A stretch of 64,000 nucleotides of DNA from an uncultured bacterium (GTDB lineage Bacteria > Fidelibacterota > Marinisomatia > Marinisomatales > UBA1611): positions 64,001 through 128,000 of the forward strand of contig CALSPG010000007.1 in NCBI GenBank assembly GCA_943788175.1, read 5' to 3'. Made by a program: the position numbers and the translations under genes. Of the stretch, positions 30,758-41,421 are shown piece by piece; positions within the stretch are counted from its first letter, which is position 1; each line of letters begins with the position of its first letter. Below the pieces are notes generated by a model. That model did not search any database, was not told the DNA's origin, and worked only from the letters and a program-made list of their open reading frames with translations.

Positions 30758-32563
30758 CAAATTAATAAAAACAATAACTTCTATTTTTTTATTTCAGATT
30801 ATGTCATGTAGTTCTATTGATGGTGAAGTAAGCAAGTTAGTTTCATCTATGACTCTTGAAGAAAAAATTGGTCAAATGACGCAGGTTGATTATCGTTACT
30901 TAGCAGATAAGGCTGACATTGGAAAATATTTTTTGGGATCAATTTTAAGTGGTGGTGGCTCTACGCCCCCCACAAACCAGCCATCATCTTGGGTTGATTT
31001 ATATAACAGTTTCCAGGAGAGGCTCTTAAAACCAGGCTTAAGATTCCATTAATATATGGTATTGATGCAGTTCATGGTCATAATAATGTTCTAGGTGCAA
31101 CTATGTTCCCTCATAATATTGGTCTTGGTTGCGCTAATGATAAAGCATTAGTACAAGAAATCGCCGCTGCGACTGCTGCTGAGGTAAAAGCAACTGGTCT
31201 AGATTGGACGTTTGCGCCTTGTGTTGCGGTAGCCCAGGATGAAAGGTGGGGAAGAACCTATGAAAGTTTTTCTGAGGATTCTGAAATAGTAACTGAACTG
31301 GGAGTTGCCTCCACAATAGGATATCAAGGTAGAACGTTAAATAAGAATTCAGTACTTGCTTGTGCAAAACATTTTGTAGGAGATGGTAACACTGTCTTTG
31401 GAACCGGGACGAACTGGTATAAAATTGATCGTGGAGATGTTGTTTTAGATGAAGAAGAATTAAGGAGTAAATATATTAAACCATTTCAAGAGTCTATAAA
31501 AATGGGCGTAGGTAGTATTATGGTTTCATACAATAGCTGGAAAGGGAAAAAACTCCATGGCCATAAATACCTAATTAATGATGTCCTTAAAAAAGAATTA
31601 AAATTTGATGGTATAGTTGTTTCTGATTGGGCTGGGATCAATGAGCTAGATAAAGATTATAAAACATGTATCATTCAATCTATTAATGCTGGGATAGATA
31701 TGAATATGGTTCCCGGTAGCCTGAACCCTGATGATAATTCGTACGATGATTTTATAAGGTTAGCAATAGAGTCCGTTAAAGAAGGTTCTATTCCAATGGA
31801 AAGGATTGATGATGCTGTATCAAGAATATTAAAAATAAAAAAGAAACTAGGACTTTTTGATAAGCCAATTAAAGCTCCAAAAAATACGGATGTAGTTGGT
31901 TCAAAAAAGCATAGAGATTTAGCTAGAAAGAGTGTTCGGAAATCTTTAGTGCTATTAAAGAATAAAGGAGATATTCTTCCTTTAAATAAAGACAGTGGTA
32001 AAATCACATTGGTCGGTGAACACGCAGATAACATTGGATATCAATCTGGGGGCTGGACAATTCATTGGCAGGGTGGTTCCGGAGACATTACACCTGGAAC
32101 AACGATTTTAGATGCGTTTAAATCTGCTGTTGCTGACTCAAACAGTATTCATTATTCTAAATATGGTGAGAATTTATTGAATCCAGATGTGGTTGTGGTC
32201 GCTGTTGGAGAAAAGCCATACTCAGAAGGGGTCGGTGATAGAGAGTCCCTTCACCTTTCAGATGAAGATATCAAACTATTAAAAAAAGTAAAAAATTCTA
32301 ATTTACCTTATGTGGTTGTATTGATATCTGGACGACCAATGATTATTAATGAAGCCTTGGCTGAAAGTGATGCTTTCGTTGCTGCTTGGCTTCCGGGTAC
32401 TGAGGGGGAAGGAATTTCAGATGTTATTTTTGGGGATTATAATTTCACAGGTAGGCTATCTATGACATGGCCTAAATCTATGAAGCAAATACCAATTAAT
32501 TATGGTGACAGCAATTATGACCCCTTATTTCAATTTGGTTTTGGATTATCATATAAAAAATAG
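30732..32563 (+). pseudogene. GH3 beta-glucosidase / exo-beta-1,3-glucanase; split by a -1 frameshift as assembled
   Basis: MTLEEKIGQMTQ in the first ORF; one base missing near 31017-31019 restores FQxEALKTRLKIPLIYGIDAVHGHNNV into ORF 31103-32563 (WGRTYES, AKHFVGDG, VSDW, AWLPGTEG); possible lipobox IMSC. Confidence 0.88.
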
Positions 32564-32574
32564 GTTTTGTTTTA

Positions 32575-35500
32575 ATGCTTAAAAAAATTATTAATTCATT
32601 AATTATTTTTTCATTTTCTTTTTCTCAAAATGTACAATTAAATGAAATAGTCTCTTCAAACCAAAATACCTATTATGATGAAGATGGAGATACGCCTGAT
32701 TGGATTGAACTGTATAATTCTACATCGAATAACATATCACTTAATAATTGGGGTTTATCAGATGATATTGAAGACCCATTTAAGTGGCGTATTCCAAACG
32801 TGATATTAGCACCAGAAGATTTTTTAATGATTCTGGCATCTGATAAAGATCGTGTTGATATGATATCAGAGTGGGAGACTATTATAGATATAGGAGATTC
32901 GTGGTATTACTTTGTAGCTAGCCAAGAGCCAGTCTCAAATTGGAATCAGTTAAGTTTCAATTCTAGTAGTTGGAGTATTGGTCCGAGCGGTTTTGGATAT
33001 GGTGATGGTGATGATAATACTGAAATCACTAATACTGTTTCTGTTTATCTCATTAAACCTTTTTCAATAACAGATTTTGACCAAATTAAAAAGTTAGCTT
33101 TTCATATTGATTATGATGATGGTTTTGTAGCTTATTTAAATGGTAACGAGTTTGCTAGAGATAATATTGAAGGAACGCCACCTGCATTCAACCAAGGTAC
33201 ATTAACATGGCGTGAAGCAGAAATGATAAATGGTGGGTCTCCTTCTCTTTTTTGGGTTGATTCAGCTGAAGCATGGGTTAATGAAGGACCTAATGTCCTA
33301 GCAATTCAAGTTCATAATTTTAATAGTAGTTCTTCGGATTTAACATGCATTCCTTTTTTTACTTTAGGTAGAAATTCTCATTCAGGTAGTGCTCCAACTA
33401 TCGCTGAAGAAATAGACTTACCACTTTCAATTCTTCACTCTAATTTTAAGATTAGTTCTAACGGAGAGACTATTTTGATGACAGATTCAGATAGTGTTTT
33501 AGTTGATTCTATTTATACAGGAATTCTTCAATCTGATGTATCAATTGGTAGAATAAATGATGGTGAAAATTATGGTCTATTTTTAGAACCCACCCCAGCT
33601 GAAACAAATGGGGAAGAATCTGTACTAGGGGTTTTAAATGATATTACATTTTCACAAGAATCTGGTTTTTACAATTTAGCCATACTACCTGTTTCAATAA
33701 CTACTTCAGATGAAGATGCCGCTATTTATTATACATTAGATGGTTCTGAACCAACGATAAATTCAATTTTATATACTAATAATCCAATATTGATTTCAGA
33801 AAATAGAGTATTAAGAGCTACTAGTTTTAAAGCTAACTGGATAAGCTCTCCAATTAAAACTGCGACGTTTATTTTAGAAAGTGGGGATAACAACTTTCCT
33901 ACAATCTTTTTATCAACTAACCCTGATAATTTTTTCGATTTCAACACCGGGATATATGAAATGGGTCCCAATGCTTCTCAAGATTATCCACATTTTGGTG
34001 CAAACTTTTGGGAAGATTGGGAGAAACCTATTTTCTTAGAAGTGTTAGAAACCGATGGTACTTATTTTTCTGCTCCAGCTGGAGTTAAAATTTTTGGCGG
34101 GTGGAGCAGGGGACAGTCCCAAAAATCCTTGTCTCTTTTTGCGAGGAGTCAATATGGAGCTTCAGAATTTAATTATCGTTTTTTCCCTGATTTAGAATTA
34201 GAGGACTTTCAGTCCTTAGTATTACGTAACTCTGGAAATGATTGGAGCTTTACGATGCTAAGAGATGGGTTTATGACAAGTATTTTTCATGATGTGGATC
34301 TTGACGTTCAGAGCTATCGACCAATGCTAGTGTATTTAAATGGTGAGTTTTGGGGTTTGTACAATCTTAGAGAAAAAGTAAATGAGCACTTTATAGCTGG
34401 ACATCACCCTGTTGATCCTGATGAAATAGATTTAATTGAAGTTCAAACCGCAAATGAAGGGTCCATTGATGATTATGATGAATTGCTTGATTATGTAACT
34501 CAATCTGATATGACTGACCCTATTGTTTTTGATTCACTATCAAAATGGATTGATATTGATAACCACATAGATTATAACATTGCTCAAATTTTTATTGATA
34601 ATAGAGATTGGCCTGGTAATAATATCAAATATTGGAGGCCACAACAAAATGATGGGTTATGGCGGTGGATTTTGTATGATACAGATTTTGGATTTGGAAT
34701 TCCTTGGAATGGTCAAGGTTATGATTATAACACACTTTTATTCGCCCTTGAAGAAAACGGACCAGGATGGCCAAATCCGCCTTATTCTACATTTTTATTA
34801 AGAAAACTTTTTGAGAATTCAGATTATAGAGATCGATTTGTTAATATATTTTGTGATAGGCTTAACACTGTTTTTAAGTCAGCGTTTTTGAACGGAAGAA
34901 TAAATGAGATGGCATCTTATATCCAAGATATAATACCTTTTCATCGTGGCAAGTGGCCTAATTCAGCTCAAGATTGGAATTACCATATTGAAATTTTAGA
35001 AAACTTTGCTAATAATAGATCTTTATATGTAAGGCAGCATTTATCAAGCTTTTTTAATTTATCTAGTCCTGCCTTGGTAACATTTATTTCTAGTCTAGGT
35101 GGTGAAATTAAAATTAATTCTATTTTCCCGGATTCTTATCCCTGGGCTGGATATTACTATCCCAGCGTCCCAATTGAAATTGAGGCGATACCAGAAGATG
35201 GATACAGGTTTATTGGCTGGGCTCAATACTCAGATTCAACCGCCAAAATGAAAGTTCAAATTTCTAACAATTCAATGATAACAGCATTATTTGAAGAAAT
35301 ACCTGGCGACGCCACAATTGATTTAGTGATAAATGAAATTAATTATAATAGTTCTGACCAATTTGATACAGGTGACTGGGTTGAACTTTATAACAATGGT
35401 TCTGAGCGGATAGATATATCAGGTTGGTATTTCACAGATGAAAATGAAGACAATAAGTTTATTTTTCCTGAAAATTCGAATATTGATCCAAATGCTTATA

Positions 35501-36108
35501 TTGTTTTAGCCCAAAATGTAGAATCTTTTTTAGCTCTTTTCCCCGAGACTTCTAATCTATATGGTTCTTTTAATTTTGGCCTTAGTGGAGGAGGAGAAGA
35601 AATTAGTTTGTATGATGCTTCTGATGCGTTAGTTGATCAAGTTGAATATAATGATGATCTACCTTGGCCAACTGAGCCAGATGGGAATGGGCCCACTCTT
35701 GAGCTTATGCATCCAGACTCATTAAATGAATTTTCCAGTAGCTGGGGGTCTTCCGCTGGGAATGGAACACCAGGTTATATAAATAGTATATTTGAAACTT
35801 TAAAAAACACAGAGGATGAAATTAATCCCTCTGATCGTATTTTATATTCTGTTTTCCCCAACCCATTTAATTCACATGTTAAAATTATTTTTGATATTGT
35901 AAAAATGAGTCAAATCAATTTCACCATTGTTAATATATTAGGTGAAAAGGTACGCACATTTGAAAATCAAAATTACTCTAGTGGATTAAACACTTTAGTT
36001 TGGGACGGTAAAAATAATTTTGGACAAGACTTAAGTACTGGTATTTATTTTTGCAGGTTAAAATCAAAAAATATTGATAAGAGCATTAAACTTCTTTACG
36101 TAAAATAA
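32575..36108 (+). CDS. CotH kinase-family protein with lamin-tail domains and T9SS-like CTD
   Basis: LNEIVSSN..DWIELYN and INEINYN..DWVELYN lamin-tail motifs; LRNSGND, YNLREK, NRDWPGNN, WILYDTDFG; FPNPFN CTD. Confidence 0.88.
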   Translation: MLKKIINSLIIFSFSFSQNVQLNEIVSSNQNTYYDEDGDTPDWIELYNSTSNNISLNNWGLSDDIEDPFKWRIPNVILAPEDFLMILASDKDRVDMISEWETIIDIGDSWYYFVASQEPVSNWNQLSFNSSSWSIGPSGFGYGDGDDNTEITNTVSVYLIKPFSITDFDQIKKLAFHIDYDDGFVAYLNGNEFARDNIEGTPPAFNQGTLTWREAEMINGGSPSLFWVDSAEAWVNEGPNVLAIQVHNFNSSSSDLTCIPFFTLGRNSHSGSAPTIAEEIDLPLSILHSNFKISSNGETILMTDSDSVLVDSIYTGILQSDVSIGRINDGENYGLFLEPTPAETNGEESVLGVLNDITFSQESGFYNLAILPVSITTSDEDAAIYYTLDGSEPTINSILYTNNPILISENRVLRATSFKANWISSPIKTATFILESGDNNFPTIFLSTNPDNFFDFNTGIYEMGPNASQDYPHFGANFWEDWEKPIFLEVLETDGTYFSAPAGVKIFGGWSRGQSQKSLSLFARSQYGASEFNYRFFPDLELEDFQSLVLRNSGNDWSFTMLRDGFMTSIFHDVDLDVQSYRPMLVYLNGEFWGLYNLREKVNEHFIAGHHPVDPDEIDLIEVQTANEGSIDDYDELLDYVTQSDMTDPIVFDSLSKWIDIDNHIDYNIAQIFIDNRDWPGNNIKYWRPQQNDGLWRWILYDTDFGFGIPWNGQGYDYNTLLFALEENGPGWPNPPYSTFLLRKLFENSDYRDRFVNIFCDRLNTVFKSAFLNGRINEMASYIQDIIPFHRGKWPNSAQDWNYHIEILENFANNRSLYVRQHLSSFFNLSSPALVTFISSLGGEIKINSIFPDSYPWAGYYYPSVPIEIEAIPEDGYRFIGWAQYSDSTAKMKVQISNNSMITALFEEIPGDATIDLVINEINYNSSDQFDTGDWVELYNNGSERIDISGWYFTDENEDNKFIFPENSNIDPNAYIVLAQNVESFLALFPETSNLYGSFNFGLSGGGEEISLYDASDALVDQVEYNDDLPWPTEPDGNGPTLELMHPDSLNEFSSSWGSSAGNGTPGYINSIFETLKNTEDEINPSDRILYSVFPNPFNSHVKIIFDIVKMSQINFTIVNILGEKVRTFENQNYSSGLNTLVWDGKNNFGQDLSTGIYFCRLKSKNIDKSIKLLYVK

Positions 36109-36111
36109 GAT

Positions 36112-37092
36112 ATGATTCAAAAAGCTCTTTTTATATTTATTATCGCAAATATAGTGTTCGCGAACATTGATTTATCAACCGACTTAGCATACCAATTAGT
36201 CTTAGAAAAAATAAATAAAAAAACAGTTCCTGTCTCTTTTATAGATAATGTATTCAAAAATCCAAAAATTGAACTACATGCAAAAATACCAGAGCGCTTT
36301 GCTAGGCCGTACGAAAAAAAATCATGGGAGCAGTACAAAAAATTATTTATAAAAGAGTCGCGGATTGTAGCGGGTGTCAAGTTTTATAGTGAAAATAAAG
36401 ATTTAATATTAAAAGTTTCAAAAAAGTACGGCGTAGACCCGTTTATAATATTAAGTATTGCAGGAATCGAGAGTAATTATGGTAAGCATTATAAAGGATT
36501 TACTGTTTTCAATTCATTATACACACAAATTCATGAGATGCCTAAAAGAGCAAAGTGGGCTTCTAAGGAATTAGCCTCTTATTTAGAATATTGTTACAAA
36601 GACAATGTCGACCCGCAAAGTATTGAGGGTTCGTATGCTGGGGCCTTTGGTTTTGGACAATTTATCCCATCAAGTTTCAACAGATATTCAGTAGACTTTG
36701 ATAATGATGGTGTTAGACGACCCCATGATTGGCCAGATGTTTTAGGAAGTATTGCTAACTACCTTATCAAAAATGGTTATACTTCTGGAAGTGCAAATTA
36801 TAAGAAAAAAGGAGATATTTGGAAATCTGTTTATGCATATAACCATTCAGAAAATTATGTGATGGCAGTGCTTGGCCTAACCGAAAAAATTAGAGAAAGA
36901 TCTAGTTATCTTCATTCAAATGTTGAAGATAGATTAAACTATGTTATTGAGAATTTTGATCCATTAGACAATAAATCTGTTAGTGACTTGCAAAAAGTTT
37001 TAAATGCGAATGGCTATGATCTAGAAATAGATGGAAGACTTGGTAGAAGCACTTTAGATGCTCTCAGAGAGGCTCAGTTAAAGCGAAATTAG
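36112..37092 (+). CDS. Lytic murein transglycosylase (MltB family) with C-terminal peptidoglycan-binding domain
   Basis: GIESNYG, GSYAGAFGFGQFIPSSF, SIANYL, YNHSENY; LQKVLNANGY..IDGRLG. Confidence 0.92.
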   Translation: MIQKALFIFIIANIVFANIDLSTDLAYQLVLEKINKKTVPVSFIDNVFKNPKIELHAKIPERFARPYEKKSWEQYKKLFIKESRIVAGVKFYSENKDLILKVSKKYGVDPFIILSIAGIESNYGKHYKGFTVFNSLYTQIHEMPKRAKWASKELASYLEYCYKDNVDPQSIEGSYAGAFGFGQFIPSSFNRYSVDFDNDGVRRPHDWPDVLGSIANYLIKNGYTSGSANYKKKGDIWKSVYAYNHSENYVMAVLGLTEKIRERSSYLHSNVEDRLNYVIENFDPLDNKSVSDLQKVLNANGYDLEIDGRLGRSTLDALREAQLKRN

Positions 37093-37102
37093 TAGCCTAA
37101 GC

Positions 37103-38914
37103 TTAAAACCTTATAGTTAACATAATTATTCTTCCATCTCTTTTGATATCTATTGGAACACTTTGTCCTTTTTTAAAATCTTTTATCCTCTTCATGTATT
37201 CATAAATATCTTTCACCGGCTTTTTATCAATAGATTTTATTATATCACCCGATCTAATCCCTGCTTTAGCAGCTGGTCCATTAGGGTCATATATTTTATC
37301 AATTTTTAACCCATCAATTGTCCCGCCATAATGTGGTATAATACCTAACTTTATTTTATTGTTATTTCTTTGTGTCTGTTGTTTTTTTGGCCCAGCCAAA
37401 GTAAATGATGGTTTTAGATTTTGTCTACTTATATCGATAACTAGGTTGTGAATTACGCTAAGTATTTGTCTCTCTCCTTTTAAATTAATGGATTGCCAAT
37501 CATCTTCTGGTAAATGATAATTATTATCATAATCACCAGTAAAAAAGAATAGAACCGGAATGTCTTCAGAGTAAAAACTAGCATGATCGCTCGGGCCGTA
37601 TCCAGCCTGGTCAAATTCGAATTTTAAACCAGAGTCCATAGATAGGCTATCTAATATTTTTTCAAATATTGGTGATGTTCCTACACCGCCAATGACAACT
37701 GTTGAATCCTTCATTTTGCCTATCATATCCATATTGATCATTGTAACAATATTACTTTTTTCAACTGTTGGGTTTTGAATGAAATATTTAGACCCTAGCA
37801 ATCCTTTCTCTTCTGCATCAAACCCGATTAAAAGCACACTTCTTTTGAGTAATTGTCTATTGTTTTGAAGTTTGTGAGCTAACTCAAGTAACCCAGCTGT
37901 TCCGGAGGCATTATCATTTGCACCATTGTGTATAGCATTAGTATCCGGCTTAAGTGAGCCGGAACCCGGTCCACCATAACCCAAGTGATCAAAGTGCGCA
38001 CCTATGACGATATATTCATCACGATATTTATGATTTCTGCTTACAATTTTTCCAATAACGTTTGCTGCCCTTGAATAAATATTTTTCAATTCAACATTAG
38101 CTGATATTTTAATGTCTGAGATTTTGAAGGTTTCCGGTTTTAGATTATTATTCATTTTATCTTGAACTATTTTTCTAGAACGTCCAATAGAATTAAGAAT
38201 ATCATCAGCAACTTCATTGTTTATGTGAATTGCGGGTATACCAGATTTTGAATATCCTGGTATATATTTAAATGGTATTAAAGTTGAATCTTCAACTTGT
38301 GATATGAAAACAATACCAACAGCGCCTCGATCTCTCGCTTCTATCATTTTTTTATGAAGATCAGAATGTGGTGCATATACACTATAAGGGTTTTCTCTTT
38401 CAGGGTTATGCCTCATAACCATTACCCATTTTCCGTCAACATTCAGATCTTTATAATCATTCCAAACTAAAGAGTCAGTTATTAGATTTATACCATATCC
38501 AGCGAAAACTACTTCTGCTGATACACTTGAGTTACCTGAAAACCAGAGGGGAATGTAATCTTCTTCAATATTTAAAGGGCGGTCATTTATTTTTAATGAA
38601 TTATTTCTTCCAATTTTTACACTATCTAGAATACTGAAAGTCTGCTTAAAGGAAGAACCCTCACCAGCGGGTTGGACACCATAACTTTTTAACTGATTAA
38701 TCAAGTAAGCAATTACATCTTTAGATTCTCGTGTTCCTGGGTAGCGGCCAGCTCTTTTGTCATCTGATAAGAAACGTATGTGTTTCACAATGTCTTTTTC
38801 TGAAATATCTGAGGTTCCATTTAAACCTGGCCCTGTTTGACGAAACCAGAAAAAACAAAGTCCGACAATTATAATTACTAAAATAGTTGATAATAAGCTT
38901 TTGTTTTCTGTCAT
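37103..38914 (-). CDS. M28 family peptidase with PA and PDZ domains
   Basis: VVFAGYGI (PA), GAHFDHLG, GANDNASG, AEEKGLLGS, SDHASF, YHLPED; C-terminal GPAAKAGIRSGD. Confidence 0.92.
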   Translation of the reverse strand: MTENKSLLSTILVIIIVGLCFFWFRQTGPGLNGTSDISEKDIVKHIRFLSDDKRAGRYPGTRESKDVIAYLINQLKSYGVQPAGEGSSFKQTFSILDSVKIGRNNSLKINDRPLNIEEDYIPLWFSGNSSVSAEVVFAGYGINLITDSLVWNDYKDLNVDGKWVMVMRHNPERENPYSVYAPHSDLHKKMIEARDRGAVGIVFISQVEDSTLIPFKYIPGYSKSGIPAIHINNEVADDILNSIGRSRKIVQDKMNNNLKPETFKISDIKISANVELKNIYSRAANVIGKIVSRNHKYRDEYIVIGAHFDHLGYGGPGSGSLKPDTNAIHNGANDNASGTAGLLELAHKLQNNRQLLKRSVLLIGFDAEEKGLLGSKYFIQNPTVEKSNIVTMINMDMIGKMKDSTVVIGGVGTSPIFEKILDSLSMDSGLKFEFDQAGYGPSDHASFYSEDIPVLFFFTGDYDNNYHLPEDDWQSINLKGERQILSVIHNLVIDISRQNLKPSFTLAGPKKQQTQRNNNKIKLGIIPHYGGTIDGLKIDKIYDPNGPAAKAGIRSGDIIKSIDKKPVKDIYEYMKRIKDFKKGQSVPIDIKRDGRIIMLTIRF

Positions 38915-38953
38915 AATAAATTTTTCTTAGCTTAATTTAATACCCTTGAATTT

Positions 38954-39334
38954 ATGTCTATAAAAAACAATAATATTAGTATTAAAGTTCATTCAAACTT
39001 TATCCGCGATCGTTCATTGCCTGAAAATTCGATTTTTTTATTTTCATATGACGTTGTTATTAAAAATCATAATCTTTTTGATGTTCAGCTTTTATCAAGG
39101 TATTGGCATATCCAAGATGGAAATGGGGAGGTTGAAGAAGTCAGTGGCCCAGGTGTAGTTGGGTTAAAACCAATCATAAAATCGGACGGTATATTTAAAT
39201 ATTCTAGCTTCTGCCCTATTAAAACGCCGTTTGGAGTAATGAAGGGTTCTTATAAAATGAGAAGCAATGCAGAGGAAGTTTTTGAGGCTAAGATAGCAAC
39301 ATTTATTTTACGTGCTAATGAATACGTTAATTAG
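38954..39334 (+). CDS. apaG: ApaG protein
   Basis: VQLLSRYWHIQDGNG..V.GPGVVG..P, YSSFCP..TPFGVMKGSY. Confidence 0.93.
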   Translation: MSIKNNNISIKVHSNFIRDRSLPENSIFLFSYDVVIKNHNLFDVQLLSRYWHIQDGNGEVEEVSGPGVVGLKPIIKSDGIFKYSSFCPIKTPFGVMKGSYKMRSNAEEVFEAKIATFILRANEYVN

Positions 39335-40057
39335 ATTTTTCAGAAAAAGAAGAATTAAAAAAACCAATACAAACCATTTACCATATAGGCCCAAAACATG
39401 AATTGGTTTCAGGACTTTCCTATAATTTGTCATATCGCCCTTAATGGGTGTTGATTTATCATCAATGGGTTTTGAACTATATTGCCAAAGATTATAGCCA
39501 AAAGTTTTTACAATATCTATATGGCTAGTTTCAAAAGATTCACTTGAATATAAATTTTTATATTTTTCTATAGGGAGTATGTAATCACCGGCATCTAAAA
39601 TATTCATACAGATGTTATTAAAATATTTTTTTTCAATTACGGCCGGTTCTAATCCTATAATTTTACCGCTGTTTTTTAAAACTCTATGAAATTCTTTAAA
39701 AATAAGTTTGCAAGTTTTTGCATTAATATGGTGAAGGCACAATGAAACAAAAATTAGATCAAAAGAATCTTTTTCCCATGGCAGTCGTTGTTTACTAGAG
39801 TGTATTATTGGAATTTTTTCAAATTTGTTTTTAGCATACCTTTCTTTTGAACTTTGGACTCTGCTCATGTCTACTTCAGCCCCAATATAGTCTTCAGCGT
39901 GAAATAGTTTTGAATTAGATCCTGTTCCACAACCAAAATCGAGTGTTTTCATACCTTTTTCATAATGATTTTTAACAAAATCAAAAGTTGTTTTTCCTTG
40001 AAGAGGAACAACAATATTACGATAAGCCAAAGTTTCTAGTTTTGAAAAAATGCCCAA
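39308..40057 (-). CDS. Class I SAM-dependent methyltransferase with C-terminal hydrophobic helix
   Basis: LDFGCGTG, FDLIFVSLCLHH, EFHRVLK. Confidence 0.88.
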   Translation of the reverse strand: MGIFSKLETLAYRNIVVPLQGKTTFDFVKNHYEKGMKTLDFGCGTGSNSKLFHAEDYIGAEVDMSRVQSSKERYAKNKFEKIPIIHSSKQRLPWEKDSFDLIFVSLCLHHINAKTCKLIFKEFHRVLKNSGKIIGLEPAVIEKKYFNNICMNILDAGDYILPIEKYKNLYSSESFETSHIDIVKTFGYNLWQYSSKPIDDKSTPIKGDMTNYRKVLKPIHVLGLYGKWFVLVFLILLFLKNLINVFIST

Positions 40058-40060
40058 ATA

Positions 40061-41026
40061 TTAATTCCTATATAATGAAAAAACCCAAGAGGCTTCTTCT
40101 TTAGTGAGCCTTTCACTAAGCTCTCCCGCTGCCGCTGCTTGAGATTCGTTTCTTTGACCTAAAAGAGCGCACCCTGTAGGATTATCAAATAAGATTGATC
40201 CAAGCAATGCATGCATTATTGCATTATCCCCAAAATGAGCAAATTTTTCCTCTATTTTTATTCTATTTATCTGCATCTTTTTTATAAAATCAATATCTTG
40301 AAACTCTTTTACTGTTTTTCTAAAATCACCTTTTGGAAAAGCGGTAATAGAATCATATTTCCCTGTAAGTATACCATGTTTTATAGGTGAAAAAAAACAC
40401 ACACCTAGATTATTTGTTTTGACATAGGCTTTTAGTCCCGATGTATCATATTCAATATCAAAGACATTGTAAAGAGTTTGTACAACGTCAGGATTTACGA
40501 ATTTAATGAATTTCATAATTCTTGCTGAGGACCAATCTGACAAACCAATAAAACGTATTTTACCATCTTCTTTAAATTGGTTAATTATTTCTAGGGCGCC
40601 TTCAAGCATTTCATCATTATTTCCAAAATTACAGTGATGTAGATAAAGAATGTCAATATAATCAGTTCTAAGGTTTTTAAGAGACTTTTCAATTTTTTCT
40701 TTAATATAACTGGGTTCATACCATTGTTTGTATGGTCCTTTATCCCAGCCTACCTTGGTAGCAAGAAATATGCTTTTTCTTGAAATTTCTTTCCACATTG
40801 ATCCGATAATTTTTTCTGAGTGTCCTTCTCCATAAACATCAGCTGTATCCCAATGGTTTAAGCCCAATGAAAATGATTTTTTCAAGGCATTTATTGAGTC
40901 TAAATCAGATTGATCTGACCAGCCGACATTATGACCGCCGCTAGTATTCTGTTTACCATGTGACCATGCTCCGAGACTGATTATAGACACTTCTTCGTTT
41001 GTTCGACCTAAGGTAATTTTTTTCAT
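40061..41026 (-). CDS. Aldo/keto reductase
   Basis: DTADVYGEGHSE, LATKVG, SLKNLRTDYIDILYLH, GKIRFIGLS. Confidence 0.93.
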   Translation of the reverse strand: MKKITLGRTNEEVSIISLGAWSHGKQNTSGGHNVGWSDQSDLDSINALKKSFSLGLNHWDTADVYGEGHSEKIIGSMWKEISRKSIFLATKVGWDKGPYKQWYEPSYIKEKIEKSLKNLRTDYIDILYLHHCNFGNNDEMLEGALEIINQFKEDGKIRFIGLSDWSSARIMKFIKFVNPDVVQTLYNVFDIEYDTSGLKAYVKTNNLGVCFFSPIKHGILTGKYDSITAFPKGDFRKTVKEFQDIDFIKKMQINRIKIEEKFAHFGDNAIMHALLGSILFDNPTGCALLGQRNESQAAAAGELSERLTKEEASWVFSLYRN

Positions 41027-41084
41027 AGTATTATTATATAAACAAGGTAGTTAGTTAGCAATAAGATATTATAATTTTCACATT

Positions 41085-41420
41085 ATGCAGCAACATTATT
41101 TGAAAGTTTTGGACATAGGTCATAATGGAAAATCGCCTGATGAAGCAATGATGATCCTTGAGACGACAGTAAGTCAATGCTCTTTTGAAAACAAGATTAA
41201 AGCTATAAAAGTCATTACCGGTCATGGTTCCGGGAAATTACGAAAAATTGTAAGGGCATGGTGTAATGATCAAGAAGGTCGGTTTAATAAAGTAATATAT
41301 GGTGAAGACTATGATATGTTTAATAAAGATGCAGTTAATATGAGGAGTGATTGCAACCAACCTCTTGATAATGATTTTGGCAGGAAAAATGCAGCAGTAA
41401 CATATATATGGTTGAGGTAA
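41085..41420 (+). CDS. Stand-alone Smr/MutS2-like domain protein
   Basis: LDIGH, KVITGHGSGKLR, N.AVTYI. Confidence 0.75.
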   Translation: MQQHYLKVLDIGHNGKSPDEAMMILETTVSQCSFENKIKAIKVITGHGSGKLRKIVRAWCNDQEGRFNKVIYGEDYDMFNKDAVNMRSDCNQPLDNDFGRKNAAVTYIWLR

Positions 41421-41421
41421 C

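Noticed and set aside
18541-31103. Programmed ribosomal frameshifting or phase variation at the two split genes
   Set aside because: No slippery heptamer or long homopolymer/SSR at either junction
36112-37092. MltB as a dedicated peptidoglycan-opening enzyme for the motor
   Set aside because: It lies 5 kb away, is separated by unrelated genes on both strands and follows the CotH gene; no evidence of linkage
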